Shown here in pieces: positions 20,353-30,134 of a stretch of DNA of 64,000 bases (within the stretch, counting starts at the first letter, position 1; each line of letters starts with the position of its first letter). Under the pieces are notes generated by a model. The model was not told the DNA's origin. It was given only the letters and a program-made list of their open reading frames with translations, and made no database searches. The position numbers and the translations under genes were made by a program. This DNA is from Pseudomonadota bacterium (lineage in GTDB: Bacteria > Pseudomonadota > Gammaproteobacteria > HK1), in assembly GCA_039030335.1 (NCBI GenBank), contig JBCCEJ010000004.1:9771-73770 (forward strand), read 5' to 3'.

Positions 20353-20667
20353 ATGCCCGCCTATCTGATTGTAAAAGCCGACGTGCCGGCTGAAGCCGAC
20401 CGTCAGCCGTTCGACCAGTGGTACGAAAACGAACACTTGCCCGACGCCATCGCGAAATTCAATGCGCTGAGCGCGTGGCGCGGCTGGAGCGATGTGGAAC
20501 CGTCGATGCACTACGCGTTTTACGAGTTCCCCGACGTCGAGACCGTGAAGCGCATCGCCTCATCCGAAGACATCAAGGAGATGATCGGGGAATTCGATCG
20601 GCACTGGGCCGGGAAAGTGACGCGTACACGCGACATCGTCGGCGAACTGCAAAAGTTGACCGCCTGA
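20353..20667 (+). CDS. small hypothetical protein, likely dimeric alpha+beta-barrel fold
   Basis: AGGAG SD 9 nt upstream. 104 aa. Sits between the acyl-CoA synthetase and the thioesterase. Function unknown. Confidence 0.45.
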   Translation: MPAYLIVKADVPAEADRQPFDQWYENEHLPDAIAKFNALSAWRGWSDVEPSMHYAFYEFPDVETVKRIASSEDIKEMIGEFDRHWAGKVTRTRDIVGELQKLTA

Positions 20668-20669
20668 AG

Positions 20670-21071
20670 ATGTTTGATCTCGAGCGGGTCAACCGCAGTC
20701 GACTCTACCGGGCGCTCGGTATCCGGTTGACGGCTGCGCAAGCAGACAGTGCCGCCTCGGAAATGCGTGCAACCGACCCGGTGTGCTGGCCGGGAGAAGA
20801 CCAGCCGCACGGCGGTATTGTGTTCACGCAGCTCGATACGACGATGGCGACGGCCGCACTCGGTGGCGACGACAACATCGCGAACGCGACCACCGTTAGC
20901 CTTCAGATCCAGTATCTGGCGCCGGCGCGAGGCGAGGTTCTCTACTGTGAGGCCACGGTACAAAGGCGGGGCGGCCGACTCTGTTTCGTGCAGGGGGAAA
21001 CGCGTGACCCGGACGGTCAGCTGGTCGCGGTGGGGCAGGGGAGCTTCCGAATATTCGCGCCAACCGCCTAG
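20670..21071 (+). CDS. hotdog-fold thioesterase (PaaI/4HBT family)
   Basis: Starts 3 nt after the preceding stop. PaaI-like N terminus (MFDLERVNRSRLYRALGIRL). The ORF track lists a longer Arg-rich frame starting at 20418, which I rejected. Confidence 0.7.
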   Translation: MFDLERVNRSRLYRALGIRLTAAQADSAASEMRATDPVCWPGEDQPHGGIVFTQLDTTMATAALGGDDNIANATTVSLQIQYLAPARGEVLYCEATVQRRGGRLCFVQGETRDPDGQLVAVGQGSFRIFAPTA

Positions 21072-21173
21072 TCGCGCGACCGGTTCGGCCCTGCCGTCCC
21101 CACGATCGGGTGTGGACAGTGATTGCTGCGGCGCCGCAAAATAGGTGCCCCTTTCTCCTGACCAGAGCCAGAG

Positions 21174-22124
21174 ATGAAACCCACGGTTTATATCGACGGG
21201 CAGGCCGGCACGACGGGTCTTCGGATCCGCGAATTGCTGGCCGATCGGCAAGACGTACGTCTGTTGACGGTGGACGAAGCCCACCGCAAGGACCCGTCGG
21301 CCCGACGAGATAAGCTGCTGGAGGCCGATCTGGCAATTCTGTGCCTGCCCGATGATGCCGCACGTGAAGCGACGGAATGGGCTGGCAATGGATCTACGCG
21401 CTTGCTGGACGCAAGCACCGCTCACCGGGTCGCGGACGGTTGGGTCTATGGCCTTGCCGAACTCGCCAGGGCGCAGCGCGACGAGATTCGAGCGGCGCGG
21501 TTTGTCGCCAATCCGGGTTGCTATCCAACCGGCGTCATTCTGTTGATGCGCCCTCTCGTCGAAGCCGATTTGCTGCCCGTGGATCTGCCGGTGTCGGTGC
21601 ATGCGCTGTCGGGTTACTCCGGCGGCGGCAAGGGATTGATCGAGCGTTGGGAAGATGCTGAGAGCGCCCTCAATGCGCTGCCATTCGAAGCGCCATACGC
21701 GATGGATCGTGTGCACAAGCACATTCCCGAGATGCTGGCGTACAGCGGACTCAGCCTCGAGCCGCAGTTCGTACCTTCAGTTGCAGCGTTCCGTTGTGGT
21801 ATGCGGATTCAGATTCCACTTAACGCCGCGCTGCTGCCTTCTGGCGTCGACGCAGTGCGTCTGCACGAAGCGCTCCTGCAGCGCTATGCACGCGAGCCTT
21901 TCGTGCGCGTAAAGCCGTCCGGAGGCACGGTCGACGAATGGACTCTGGACCCCCGCGGATGCAATGACACGAACGCGATAGAGCTCTCCGTTGTCGGACA
22001 CCCGTCGGGGCATGTCCTGCTCTGCGCGGTACTGGACAATCTCGGCAAGGGTGCATCCGGCGCCGCCGTGCAGAACATGAATCTGATGCTCGGCTTCGAC
22101 GAGCAGGCAGGACTCGCGGCCTGA
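21174..22124 (+). CDS. argC: N-acetyl-gamma-glutamyl-phosphate reductase, type 2 (short form)
   Basis: MKPTVYIDGQAGTTGLRIRE N terminus. ANPGCYPTG active-site Cys motif. Length about 316 aa. Confidence 0.85.
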   Translation: MKPTVYIDGQAGTTGLRIRELLADRQDVRLLTVDEAHRKDPSARRDKLLEADLAILCLPDDAAREATEWAGNGSTRLLDASTAHRVADGWVYGLAELARAQRDEIRAARFVANPGCYPTGVILLMRPLVEADLLPVDLPVSVHALSGYSGGGKGLIERWEDAESALNALPFEAPYAMDRVHKHIPEMLAYSGLSLEPQFVPSVAAFRCGMRIQIPLNAALLPSGVDAVRLHEALLQRYAREPFVRVKPSGGTVDEWTLDPRGCNDTNAIELSVVGHPSGHVLLCAVLDNLGKGASGAAVQNMNLMLGFDEQAGLAA

Positions 22125-22158
22125 TTCAGGGCTGGCCGGCCGTTCGCGGCCGGCCGCG

Positions 22159-24372
22159 CTAGGTCTCCATCGCGTGCTCTATAAACCAGCACTCGCGCTG
22201 CTGGCGTGCCCGTTGAAAGTCCCGGTCGGTGGACCAGCGGGTTCTGTTCGTCACGGCGTAAGCGGAAGTCAGCGCCGCGCTCAGTTCGAATTTCCGGCGG
22301 TTCGTCGAGAAGATGAGCAGCCCGCCTGGCGCGAGGTGAGCCATCGCCGCATGGAGCAACCCCTCGTGATCCCGCTGAACGTCGAAATCGGCCGCCGTTC
22401 GCTTGGAGTTGGAGAACGTCGGTGGGTCGACCAGCACCAGATCGTAAGACTGCTTGCAACCGCCCAGCCAGTCCATCACGTCAGCGCGGTGCAGACGGTG
22501 GGCGGTATCACTGAAACCGTTCAGTGACAGGTTACGCCGTGCCCAGTCGAGATAGGTCGGGGAAAGATCGACGCTGTCGGTGAAGCGGGCGCCGCCATTG
22601 GCCGCGTGCACCGAGGCGCTCGCCGTATAGCAGTAGAGGTTCAAGAAACGCTTACGCGCGCTCTGTTCGCCGATGAAGCGACGCACGATGCGGTGATCGA
22701 GAAACAACCCGGTGTCGAGGTAGTCGTGCAGGTTTACCAGTAGCTGCACGTTGCCTTCGTGCACGGTGTGCAACTGGCCTTCCGCCGCTTGGCGTTGGTA
22801 CTGCTGCCGGCCGCGCTGGCGTTGGCGTTGTTTGATGGCGATGCGTGCGCGTGGAATCTCCAGCACGGCCGAAGTCGCCGCCACCGCTGCGTCCAACCGC
22901 TTGCGCGCCAGCGCCGGAGGAATGCGCGATGGCGCCTGATACTCGGCGAGATGCGCGTGCCCGGCGTACACGTCGAGCGCGACCGCATATTCGGGAATAT
23001 CCGCGTCGTAGATGCGGTAGCAGTCGGTGCCGCTCTGGCGCTGCCATTTGCCGAGGCCCCGCAGATTCTTGCGCAGCCGGTTGGCGAACATCTGCGCGCC
23101 CTCATCCAGAGATGCCGTCGATTCGGGCACCGCGCTACCGGGCATTTCGGCCACTGGCCGCTGATCGACGTGGGCCAGTACCTGGACATCGAACAGCAAC
23201 AGCTTCACCGGCAACGCACCATTGAACAGGGCGTATTGCCGATGCGCGCGCAGTCCCATCGATTTTCCGAGGTCCGGATTTCCGGTCAGCACGGCCGCTT
23301 TCCACCCGTCAAACCCGGTCTTCAGGCGGGCGCCTAGCGCGGTGTAGAGCGGTCCGAGCGTCTTCGCATCCCCCAGCCGCTCTCCGTACGGCGGGTTTAC
23401 GACGACGAGGCCCGCCCCGACCGGTTTGTGGGTAGGCACGCTGAGCCCCGCAAGCTCCTTGCGTCGGATGCGAACGTGGTTCGCCAGTCCTGCGGCTTCC
23501 ACGTTCGCAGACGCAGCGTTCACGGCCTGCACGCTGCCGTCATAGCCGAAACACTCTACCTTCCGCACCGCGCCGTCCCGGCCGCGTTGTTCCGCCTCTT
23601 CGGTGACGTCGCGCCAGTAGCGCGGCACGTGACCGAGCCAGCCATGAAATCCCCAATGGCGACGGCGAAGGCCCGGTGCGCGGTCGAGCGCCATCTCCGC
23701 TCCTTCGGTCAGCAGTGTCCCGGCGCCGCACATCGGATCGATCAACGCGCCGCCGTTGGCCGCGATCTCAGGCCATCCCGCCCGCAGCAGGACAGCGGCG
23801 GCGAGATTCTCCTTCATCGGCGCCTTCGATGCAGCCGCCCGGTATCCGCGGCGGTGCAATGCGTCGCCGCTCAGATCGATGCAAATGTCGGCGATACCCT
23901 TGGCGAGACGTGCGTGCACGCGCAGATCGGGCCGCTTGAGGTCTACCGATGGCCGGGTTCCGCACCGGTCGCGAAACCGGTCGACGATCGCGTCTTTCAC
24001 TGCGAGCGCCGAGTAATGTGAGTTCTTGAGACGCGCCGAGGTACCGTGAAAGGTAACGGCGAGGGTGCCGTCCGGAGCCACATGGTCTTCCCATTCGATG
24101 GCTTCGACACCGGCCTTGAGCTGTTCAGCCGAATGCGTTTCGAAGCGCGCCACCCACCAGAGCACGCGCGAGGCGAGCCTGGACCACATGCAGACCCGGT
24201 AGAGCTCAGACAGACCGGCATCGAAGTAGACGCCACCCACGGTCTCGCGGGCATCGATGCCGCCGAGCGCTTCGATTTCGTGCAGCAGCAAGCCTTCCAG
24301 GCCTTTCGCACACGTCGCGAGCGGGCGGTTCGACGTTGCCCTTCCTGGGGGACTGGAGCCGGGTTCTGGCAT
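22159..24372 (-). CDS. rlmL: bifunctional 23S rRNA (guanine2445-N2)/(guanine2069-N7)-methyltransferase RlmKL
   Basis: THUMP domain, then a methyltransferase with DPMCGAGTLL, then a second C-terminal methyltransferase with LNLYCYTASASV. 737 aa. Confidence 0.8.
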   Translation of the reverse strand: MPEPGSSPPGRATSNRPLATCAKGLEGLLLHEIEALGGIDARETVGGVYFDAGLSELYRVCMWSRLASRVLWWVARFETHSAEQLKAGVEAIEWEDHVAPDGTLAVTFHGTSARLKNSHYSALAVKDAIVDRFRDRCGTRPSVDLKRPDLRVHARLAKGIADICIDLSGDALHRRGYRAAASKAPMKENLAAAVLLRAGWPEIAANGGALIDPMCGAGTLLTEGAEMALDRAPGLRRRHWGFHGWLGHVPRYWRDVTEEAEQRGRDGAVRKVECFGYDGSVQAVNAASANVEAAGLANHVRIRRKELAGLSVPTHKPVGAGLVVVNPPYGERLGDAKTLGPLYTALGARLKTGFDGWKAAVLTGNPDLGKSMGLRAHRQYALFNGALPVKLLLFDVQVLAHVDQRPVAEMPGSAVPESTASLDEGAQMFANRLRKNLRGLGKWQRQSGTDCYRIYDADIPEYAVALDVYAGHAHLAEYQAPSRIPPALARKRLDAAVAATSAVLEIPRARIAIKQRQRQRGRQQYQRQAAEGQLHTVHEGNVQLLVNLHDYLDTGLFLDHRIVRRFIGEQSARKRFLNLYCYTASASVHAANGGARFTDSVDLSPTYLDWARRNLSLNGFSDTAHRLHRADVMDWLGGCKQSYDLVLVDPPTFSNSKRTAADFDVQRDHEGLLHAAMAHLAPGGLLIFSTNRRKFELSAALTSAYAVTNRTRWSTDRDFQRARQQRECWFIEHAMET

Positions 24373-24492
24373 CTTGGGATGGCGCTCCGGAGGTTACACG
24401 GGGCGGGCGCTTTCACGCGCGCGGCAGCGGCTGGCAAATTGTATCGTTATGTCGCACGATCGGTTGAAAATTGACCGCTTCGAATACCCGAT

Positions 24493-26166
24493 ATGAACTC
24501 AGTCCCGGCCTATGCCGCGCCCGCGGCAGCGATCGATTCCGCGCTCTTGAACGATGCCGTTCAGGCCGCGCACGACTTTGTGACAGCGGCACGCCGCACC
24601 GCGAGTGAAAACGTCGTCGTAGACGGCCGTGTGCCGTCGGCAGTCGCCGACCGCGAGCAGCGCCTGCTGCACGGTATCGCCTGGATAGCGACGACCGTGG
24701 CGGCGCTGGATGCTACGGCCGCCTGGGCCGGCCGCGCCCGCGAACACGGTTTGGGCGACCCCGAGCAGACGGTCGCGCAGATCCTGTTCGGGGAATATCT
24801 GGCTCAGCTGCTGGGTGGTATTCCAATGAGCCAGAACGAGATGGTACGGCCGGGCGAGCTCGGGCTCGAGGATGCTGCCGCGGTGCTGGCCGCCAACCCG
24901 GCCGTTCGTGCGCTGCTCGCCAACGGCAACACGGCTGGAAGCCGTGCCGAACTCGCGAGTTATCTCGACGACGACGGCCCGCTGTTTGAGCAACTCGGTG
25001 ATGACACGCTCGACATGGTGCGCGATGAACTCCGGCGTTTCACCGAACGCCGCATCAAGCCCGATGCACACAGCTGGCATCTCAATGACCAGCTGATCCC
25101 GGATGCAGTCGTGGCCGAGATGTCGGAACTCGGTGTTTTCGGGGTGTGTATTGCGCAGGAGTTCGGCGGGCACGGGCTAGGCAAGCTGGCGATGTGCGTG
25201 GTCAGCGAGGAACTGTCACGGGGATGGATCGGCGCCGGTTCGCTCGGCACGCGCTCGGAGATCGCAGGCGAACTCATCACGATCGCAGGGACACCTGAAC
25301 AAAAGCAGCGCTGGTTGCCGGCCATCGCCGAGGGCAGCGTGCTGCCGACGGCGGTCTTCACCGAGCCGGACACCGGATCCGATCTCGGCAGCCTGCGCAC
25401 GCGCGCCGACCGACAGTCCGACGGAACCTGGCGGATCACCGGCAACAAGACCTGGATAACGCACGGTGCCCGCAGCGACCTGATGACGCTGCTGGCGCGC
25501 ACGGAGCCGGACGTTAGTGGTTATGCGGGCCTCTCGATGTTTCTCGCCGAGAAACCGCGCGGCACCGACGCCGAACCGTTCCCCGCTACCGGGATGACGG
25601 GTGGGGAAATTCCGGTGCTCGGCTATCGCGGTATGAAGGAATATGAGCTCGGTTTCGAAGGTTTCGAAGTCGCCGCGGACGGACTGTTGGGCGGCGAGCG
25701 GGGGCAAGGCTTCAAGCAACTCATGCGCACGTTCGAAGGAGCCCGTATTCAGACCGCAGCTCGTGCGACGGGCGTCGCCTGGAGTGCTTACGATCTCGGG
25801 ATGCGGTATGCCCACGAACGCAGACAATTCGGTAAACAGCTTTATGCTTTTCCGCGTGTGACCGACAAACTGGTCATGATGGTGGCAGAGACGATCGCCG
25901 CGCGCGAACTGTCCTACGTTGCGGCCCGCGAGAAAGACAAAGGGCGCCGTTGTGATGTAGAAGCAGGCATGGCCAAACTGTTGGCCGCACGGGTGGCGTG
26001 GTCGAATGCCGACACAGCGCTCCAGATTCACGGAGGTGTCGGCTATTCGCTGGAGTATGAGATTAGCCGGGTGCTCTGCGACGCGCGCATCCTGAATATC
26101 TTCGAGGGCGCTGCCGAAATCCAGGCGCACGTGATCGGCCGGGGCATGCTGGCAGGTCGTAACTGA
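24493..26166 (+). CDS. acyl-CoA dehydrogenase family protein with a ~170-aa N-terminal extension (AidB/FadE-like)
   Basis: ACAD middle and C-terminal motifs (GWIGAGS..., [12 protein letters not shown]). Confidence 0.85.
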   Translation: MNSVPAYAAPAAAIDSALLNDAVQAAHDFVTAARRTASENVVVDGRVPSAVADREQRLLHGIAWIATTVAALDATAAWAGRAREHGLGDPEQTVAQILFGEYLAQLLGGIPMSQNEMVRPGELGLEDAAAVLAANPAVRALLANGNTAGSRAELASYLDDDGPLFEQLGDDTLDMVRDELRRFTERRIKPDAHSWHLNDQLIPDAVVAEMSELGVFGVCIAQEFGGHGLGKLAMCVVSEELSRGWIGAGSLGTRSEIAGELITIAGTPEQKQRWLPAIAEGSVLPTAVFTEPDTGSDLGSLRTRADRQSDGTWRITGNKTWITHGARSDLMTLLARTEPDVSGYAGLSMFLAEKPRGTDAEPFPATGMTGGEIPVLGYRGMKEYELGFEGFEVAADGLLGGERGQGFKQLMRTFEGARIQTAARATGVAWSAYDLGMRYAHERRQFGKQLYAFPRVTDKLVMMVAETIAARELSYVAAREKDKGRRCDVEAGMAKLLAARVAWSNADTALQIHGGVGYSLEYEISRVLCDARILNIFEGAAEIQAHVIGRGMLAGRN

Positions 26167-26204
26167 GGTTCGCGGTTCATTGACCGAGTGAAGAGGCACT
26201 GAAC

Positions 26205-28745
26205 ATGCAGACCTCGGCCGGCTGGTATCAGTCGCTGATACTGGCGCGTCCCCGAGCCGTGCTGGCGATACTGGTTGTGGCGTTGCTGGTGATGGGCTGG
26301 CAGTCCCGCCACTTTGCGCTGGACGCGTCAGCGGATGCGCTGTTGCTCGAAGACGACGAGGACCTGCAGGTATTCAGGGCCACCCAGTCGGGCTATCGCA
26401 CGCAGGACCTGTTGGTGGTCACGTTCAATCCCGGCGGAGATCTCTTCTCCGACGCGGCGCTCGACCGTCTCGCCGAACTGCGCGACGAGCTGAAACAGAT
26501 ACCCTCGGTCGCCAGCATCTTCAGTCTGCTCGAAGTACCGATGTTGACCAGCTCCGACACCGGGCTGGCCGACATGGGTGACAACGTCCCCACGCTCGGT
26601 ACCGCACGCGGGCGCGTCGACCGTGCGCAGGCACGCGAAGAAGTGATGACGAGTGCTGTCTTCAGCGAACTTATCATCAGTCGCGATGGGAAAACCACGG
26701 CACTGCTTCTCAGTCTCAAAGACGATCCGCAACTGTTGGAGCTGTTCGCAGAGCGTCAGACGCTGCGCGCGGAAGCACGGCAGGGGCAGCTCACCGAGTC
26801 GGAGGTCGCGCGCCTCGCGGCGGTCGAAGCCCAATACGATCGCGTCAAGTCAGACTTTGACGCCGCGCGGCACGACGACATCGTCGCCATCCGCGCGATC
26901 CTCGATCGCTACCGGCCCGCTTCGACGCTGCATCTCGGCGGCGTTCCGATGATCGCGGACGACATGATCGTGTTTATCGGCAGTGACCTCGTGACCTTCG
27001 GTGCCGGCGTGCTGGCTTTCATCATAGCGACGCTCGCACTCATCTTCCGTCGGTGGCGCTGGGTTCTGTTGCCGTTGGCGAGCTGCTTCTTCGCCGGTGT
27101 CGTGATGCTCGGCGTACTCGGGCTCGCCAACTGGAAGGTCACGGTCATTTCGTCGAACTTCATCTCGCTCATGCTGATCATCACGATGTCGATGAACATG
27201 CACCTGATCGTGCGCTACCGGCAGCTGCGGGCCGACCTGCCCGACGCCGATCACGTCGATCTGATCCGACAGACCGTTGCGCGCATGGTGCGCCCATGCC
27301 TTTACACGGCGCTAACCACGATCATCGGGTTCAGTTCATTGGTGTTCAGCGGCATCAAGCCGGTCATCGACTTTGGTTGGATGATGTCACTCGGGCTCGT
27401 GGTGACGTTTACCACTTCGTTCCTGCTGTTTCCGGCGTTATTGGCCGCGATTGGCAATCTCGCCGACGATGGGCGCGCCGACAGTCCTGTTGCCGTGACC
27501 CGGGCACTGGCCGGTTTCACGCAGCGACGGGGTCAACTGGTGCTGGTGGCTTCAGCGGTGGTCGCCGCGGTGAGCGCGGTTGGCGTGGCGCGGCTTGAAG
27601 TAGAGAACAGCTTCATCAACTACTTTCGCGAAAGCACCGAGATCTATCGCGGCATGAGGCTCATCGACGAGCAGCTCGGCGGTACCACCCCGCTCGAAGT
27701 GCTGTTGCATCTGGCAGAGCCAGAAGACGTCGAGGACGAAGATGACGAATGTGCCGATTTCAGCAAGCTGACCGAAGAAGAGCAGGAGGAATGCGAAGAT
27801 CTGGGCTTCGGCGAAGAACCTGAAGGCGACAAGGCCGATTACTGGTTCACGGCGACGCGCGTCGACCGCATCAAAGCGGTACACGACTATCTAGACAGCC
27901 TGCCGGAAGTAGGCAAGGTGCTTTCGCTCGCATCTGTTCTTAGAGTTGGTGAACGCATCAACGACGGCAAGCCGTTCACGCCGTTTGAGCTCGCGATCCT
28001 CTACAAACGCATTCCGCCCGATCTCCGCGCCAGCCTGATCGACCCCTATGTGTCGATCGAACGCGACGAGGCCCGCATCACGCTGCGCATTGCCGATTCG
28101 ATGCCGGAGCTTCGCCGCGACGCGTTATTGAAACGTATTCACTCGGATCTGAGAGCGAAGCTCGAGGTGCCGGCTGAGGAGTACACCGTGACCGGGATCA
28201 TGGTGCTTTACAACAATATGCTGCAGAGCCTTTTCCAGTCGCAGATCCAGACGCTCGGCGTGGTCATGGCGGGTATAGCTTTGATGTTCCTGGTGCTGTT
28301 CCGCTCTGTGACGCTCGCGATTATCGGCATCGTTCCGAATGTGCTGGCGGCGGGCTTCGTGCTTGGGCTTATGGGCCTTGCCGGCGTTCCGCTCGATATG
28401 ATGACTATCACGATCGCGGCCATCTCGATCGGCATTGCGGTGGACAACGCCATTCACTACATCTACCGGTTCCGCGAAGAACTGCCGCTCGCCGGCGGCG
28501 ATTACGAGAAAACGCTCGAAGTCTGCCACGCCAACATCGGGCGGGCGGTGCTCTACACGTCGATCACGATCATCTTCGGGTTTTCGATTCTCGTGTTCTC
28601 GAATTTCATTCCGACCATCTATTTCGGCGTGCTGACAGCGGTGGCGATGTTCGCCGCGCTGATCGCGGCGCTAACACTGTTGCCAAAGCTGATATTGCTG
28701 ACGCGCCCGTTCAAGGCGGACGCGGCGGTTCAATCCGCTGCGTGA
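26205..28745 (+). CDS. MMPL/RND-superfamily exporter (12 transmembrane segments, two large periplasmic loops)
   Basis: Duplicated transmembrane-bundle architecture. Acidic, Cys-containing insert in the second loop (EPEDVEDEDDECADFSKLTEEEQEECEDLGFGEEPEGD). 39 bp downstream of the ACAD gene. Confidence 0.75.
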   Translation: MQTSAGWYQSLILARPRAVLAILVVALLVMGWQSRHFALDASADALLLEDDEDLQVFRATQSGYRTQDLLVVTFNPGGDLFSDAALDRLAELRDELKQIPSVASIFSLLEVPMLTSSDTGLADMGDNVPTLGTARGRVDRAQAREEVMTSAVFSELIISRDGKTTALLLSLKDDPQLLELFAERQTLRAEARQGQLTESEVARLAAVEAQYDRVKSDFDAARHDDIVAIRAILDRYRPASTLHLGGVPMIADDMIVFIGSDLVTFGAGVLAFIIATLALIFRRWRWVLLPLASCFFAGVVMLGVLGLANWKVTVISSNFISLMLIITMSMNMHLIVRYRQLRADLPDADHVDLIRQTVARMVRPCLYTALTTIIGFSSLVFSGIKPVIDFGWMMSLGLVVTFTTSFLLFPALLAAIGNLADDGRADSPVAVTRALAGFTQRRGQLVLVASAVVAAVSAVGVARLEVENSFINYFRESTEIYRGMRLIDEQLGGTTPLEVLLHLAEPEDVEDEDDECADFSKLTEEEQEECEDLGFGEEPEGDKADYWFTATRVDRIKAVHDYLDSLPEVGKVLSLASVLRVGERINDGKPFTPFELAILYKRIPPDLRASLIDPYVSIERDEARITLRIADSMPELRRDALLKRIHSDLRAKLEVPAEEYTVTGIMVLYNNMLQSLFQSQIQTLGVVMAGIALMFLVLFRSVTLAIIGIVPNVLAAGFVLGLMGLAGVPLDMMTITIAAISIGIAVDNAIHYIYRFREELPLAGGDYEKTLEVCHANIGRAVLYTSITIIFGFSILVFSNFIPTIYFGVLTAVAMFAALIAALTLLPKLILLTRPFKADAAVQSAA

Positions 28746-29896
28746 GCGCCGTGCAGGAATTGCGGCAGGTCGGCGAGATCCGTGCAACCGAGGTTGCCGA
28801 GACAAGAGCGTAGATCGCTCATCAACAGTTCGATCGCGTGTTCGCCACCTTTTTCGCCTAGCGCTGCGACTGAAAAGATGAAGGCGCGTCCGAGCAGCAC
28901 GAAGTTGGCGCCGAGTGCGAGCGCGCGGAGGATGTCGAGCCCACCGCGCACCCCGCTGTCGAACAAAATGGCCAGATCGTCGCCGACCGCTTCGGCGATC
29001 GTCGGCAGGACTTCGATCGAAGCGGGCGCACCGTCGAACTGCCGGGCGCCATGATTGGAAACAACGATCCCGTCTACGCCGGCTTCGACACACCGTCGCG
29101 CGTCGCCGACATCCAGGATGCCCTTGACGACCACCTGGCCTGGCCAGAGTTCGCAGACTTCGGCCAGGTAGTCCCACGACAGGGTGCCGCCGAAGTTGTG
29201 CCCGACGAACTGCGCGAGTTCCTGCATGTTGGTGGAGTTTGCGTAAGCCTCGAGCATGCGAAAGCGCGGTTCGCCATGGATCAGCGTTTCGAGCGCCCAT
29301 TGTGGGCGGACTGCCGCACGCCAGTACGTCAGTAGCGATTTGCGCGGCGGTACTGAGACTTCGGCGCGCTTTTGCCGTTCGCGCTGGCTGGAGGCCGGGA
29401 CATCTGCCGTAACCAGCAGCGTTGTAAAGCCCGCGTTGGCGGCGCGCGCAAGCAGATCCTTACGAATGTCGCGATCGCGCGGCGGGTAGAGCTGGAACCA
29501 GCTCATATCGCCGGCGCGTGCGCCAACCGTCTCGGGCGTCTCGGTCGCCACGGTGCTGAGCGTGTAGGGAATCCGCGCACGCGCGGCCGCTTCGGCCAGG
29601 ATCCACTCGGTTCTTGGCCACATCAGCCCCGTAAGGCCAACTGGGGCGATGCCAAACGGCGCCGCGTATTCGCGCCCAAAGAGCGTCGTACTCAGATCGG
29701 TTTCGAATTCACCGAGGAGGAAGCGCGGCGTAAAGCGTATCTCTGACATCGCTGTCAGGTTGCGATCGACGCCGTGTTCGGCACCGGTTCCGCTATCCAG
29801 ATATTCCCACGCGAAATGGGGAATTCGCGACTTGGCGCGACGCGCGAGATCGGCGAATGAAGGGTATTTCTGCAGCAGTGTAGGGTCGGCCACCAT
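28730..29896 (-). CDS. FMN-dependent alpha-hydroxy-acid dehydrogenase (L-lactate dehydrogenase/glycolate oxidase family)
   Basis: FMN-dependent-dehydrogenase TIM-barrel motifs (SNHGARQFDG...). Start chosen at MVADPTLLQKY (ATG 29896); the ORF track gives 30040. The 3' end overlaps the convergent MMPL gene by 16 bp. Confidence 0.8.
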   Translation of the reverse strand: MVADPTLLQKYPSFADLARRAKSRIPHFAWEYLDSGTGAEHGVDRNLTAMSEIRFTPRFLLGEFETDLSTTLFGREYAAPFGIAPVGLTGLMWPRTEWILAEAAARARIPYTLSTVATETPETVGARAGDMSWFQLYPPRDRDIRKDLLARAANAGFTTLLVTADVPASSQRERQKRAEVSVPPRKSLLTYWRAAVRPQWALETLIHGEPRFRMLEAYANSTNMQELAQFVGHNFGGTLSWDYLAEVCELWPGQVVVKGILDVGDARRCVEAGVDGIVVSNHGARQFDGAPASIEVLPTIAEAVGDDLAILFDSGVRGGLDILRALALGANFVLLGRAFIFSVAALGEKGGEHAIELLMSDLRSCLGNLGCTDLADLPQFLHGAHAAD

Positions 29897-30134
29897 GCTC
29901 GGTCCAGCTCGGGTAGGGCAGCGCAATATTCTGCGAACAAGCGAGGGCGAAGTCCATTGCGACGGACTTGCGGCCGATGCGCAGGCATGGTTCAACGCGT
30001 CGACCCGCAGTGCCGACGGCAACGTTGGCACTGCGATCACGGTACAGTGTGCGCCTCTGGCAAGAAACGCCGCTGATGCGGTTGGCCGGCTGGCTAACCC
30101 GACGAACGTCGCCTGCTTACCGGGCTCTCAAACA

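Noticed and set aside
20520-21722. 400-aa minus-strand ORF across the thioesterase and argC region
   Set aside because: Antisense to argC and the PaaI thioesterase, both of which have strong motif support. The composition is Arg-rich.
29649-30134. N-terminal 160 residues of the long ORF-track frame for the MFS transporter
   Set aside because: It overlaps the divergent dehydrogenase coding region. It has no hydrophobic segments or MFS features, and the MFS core starts near 30200. Treated as read-through upstream of the real start.
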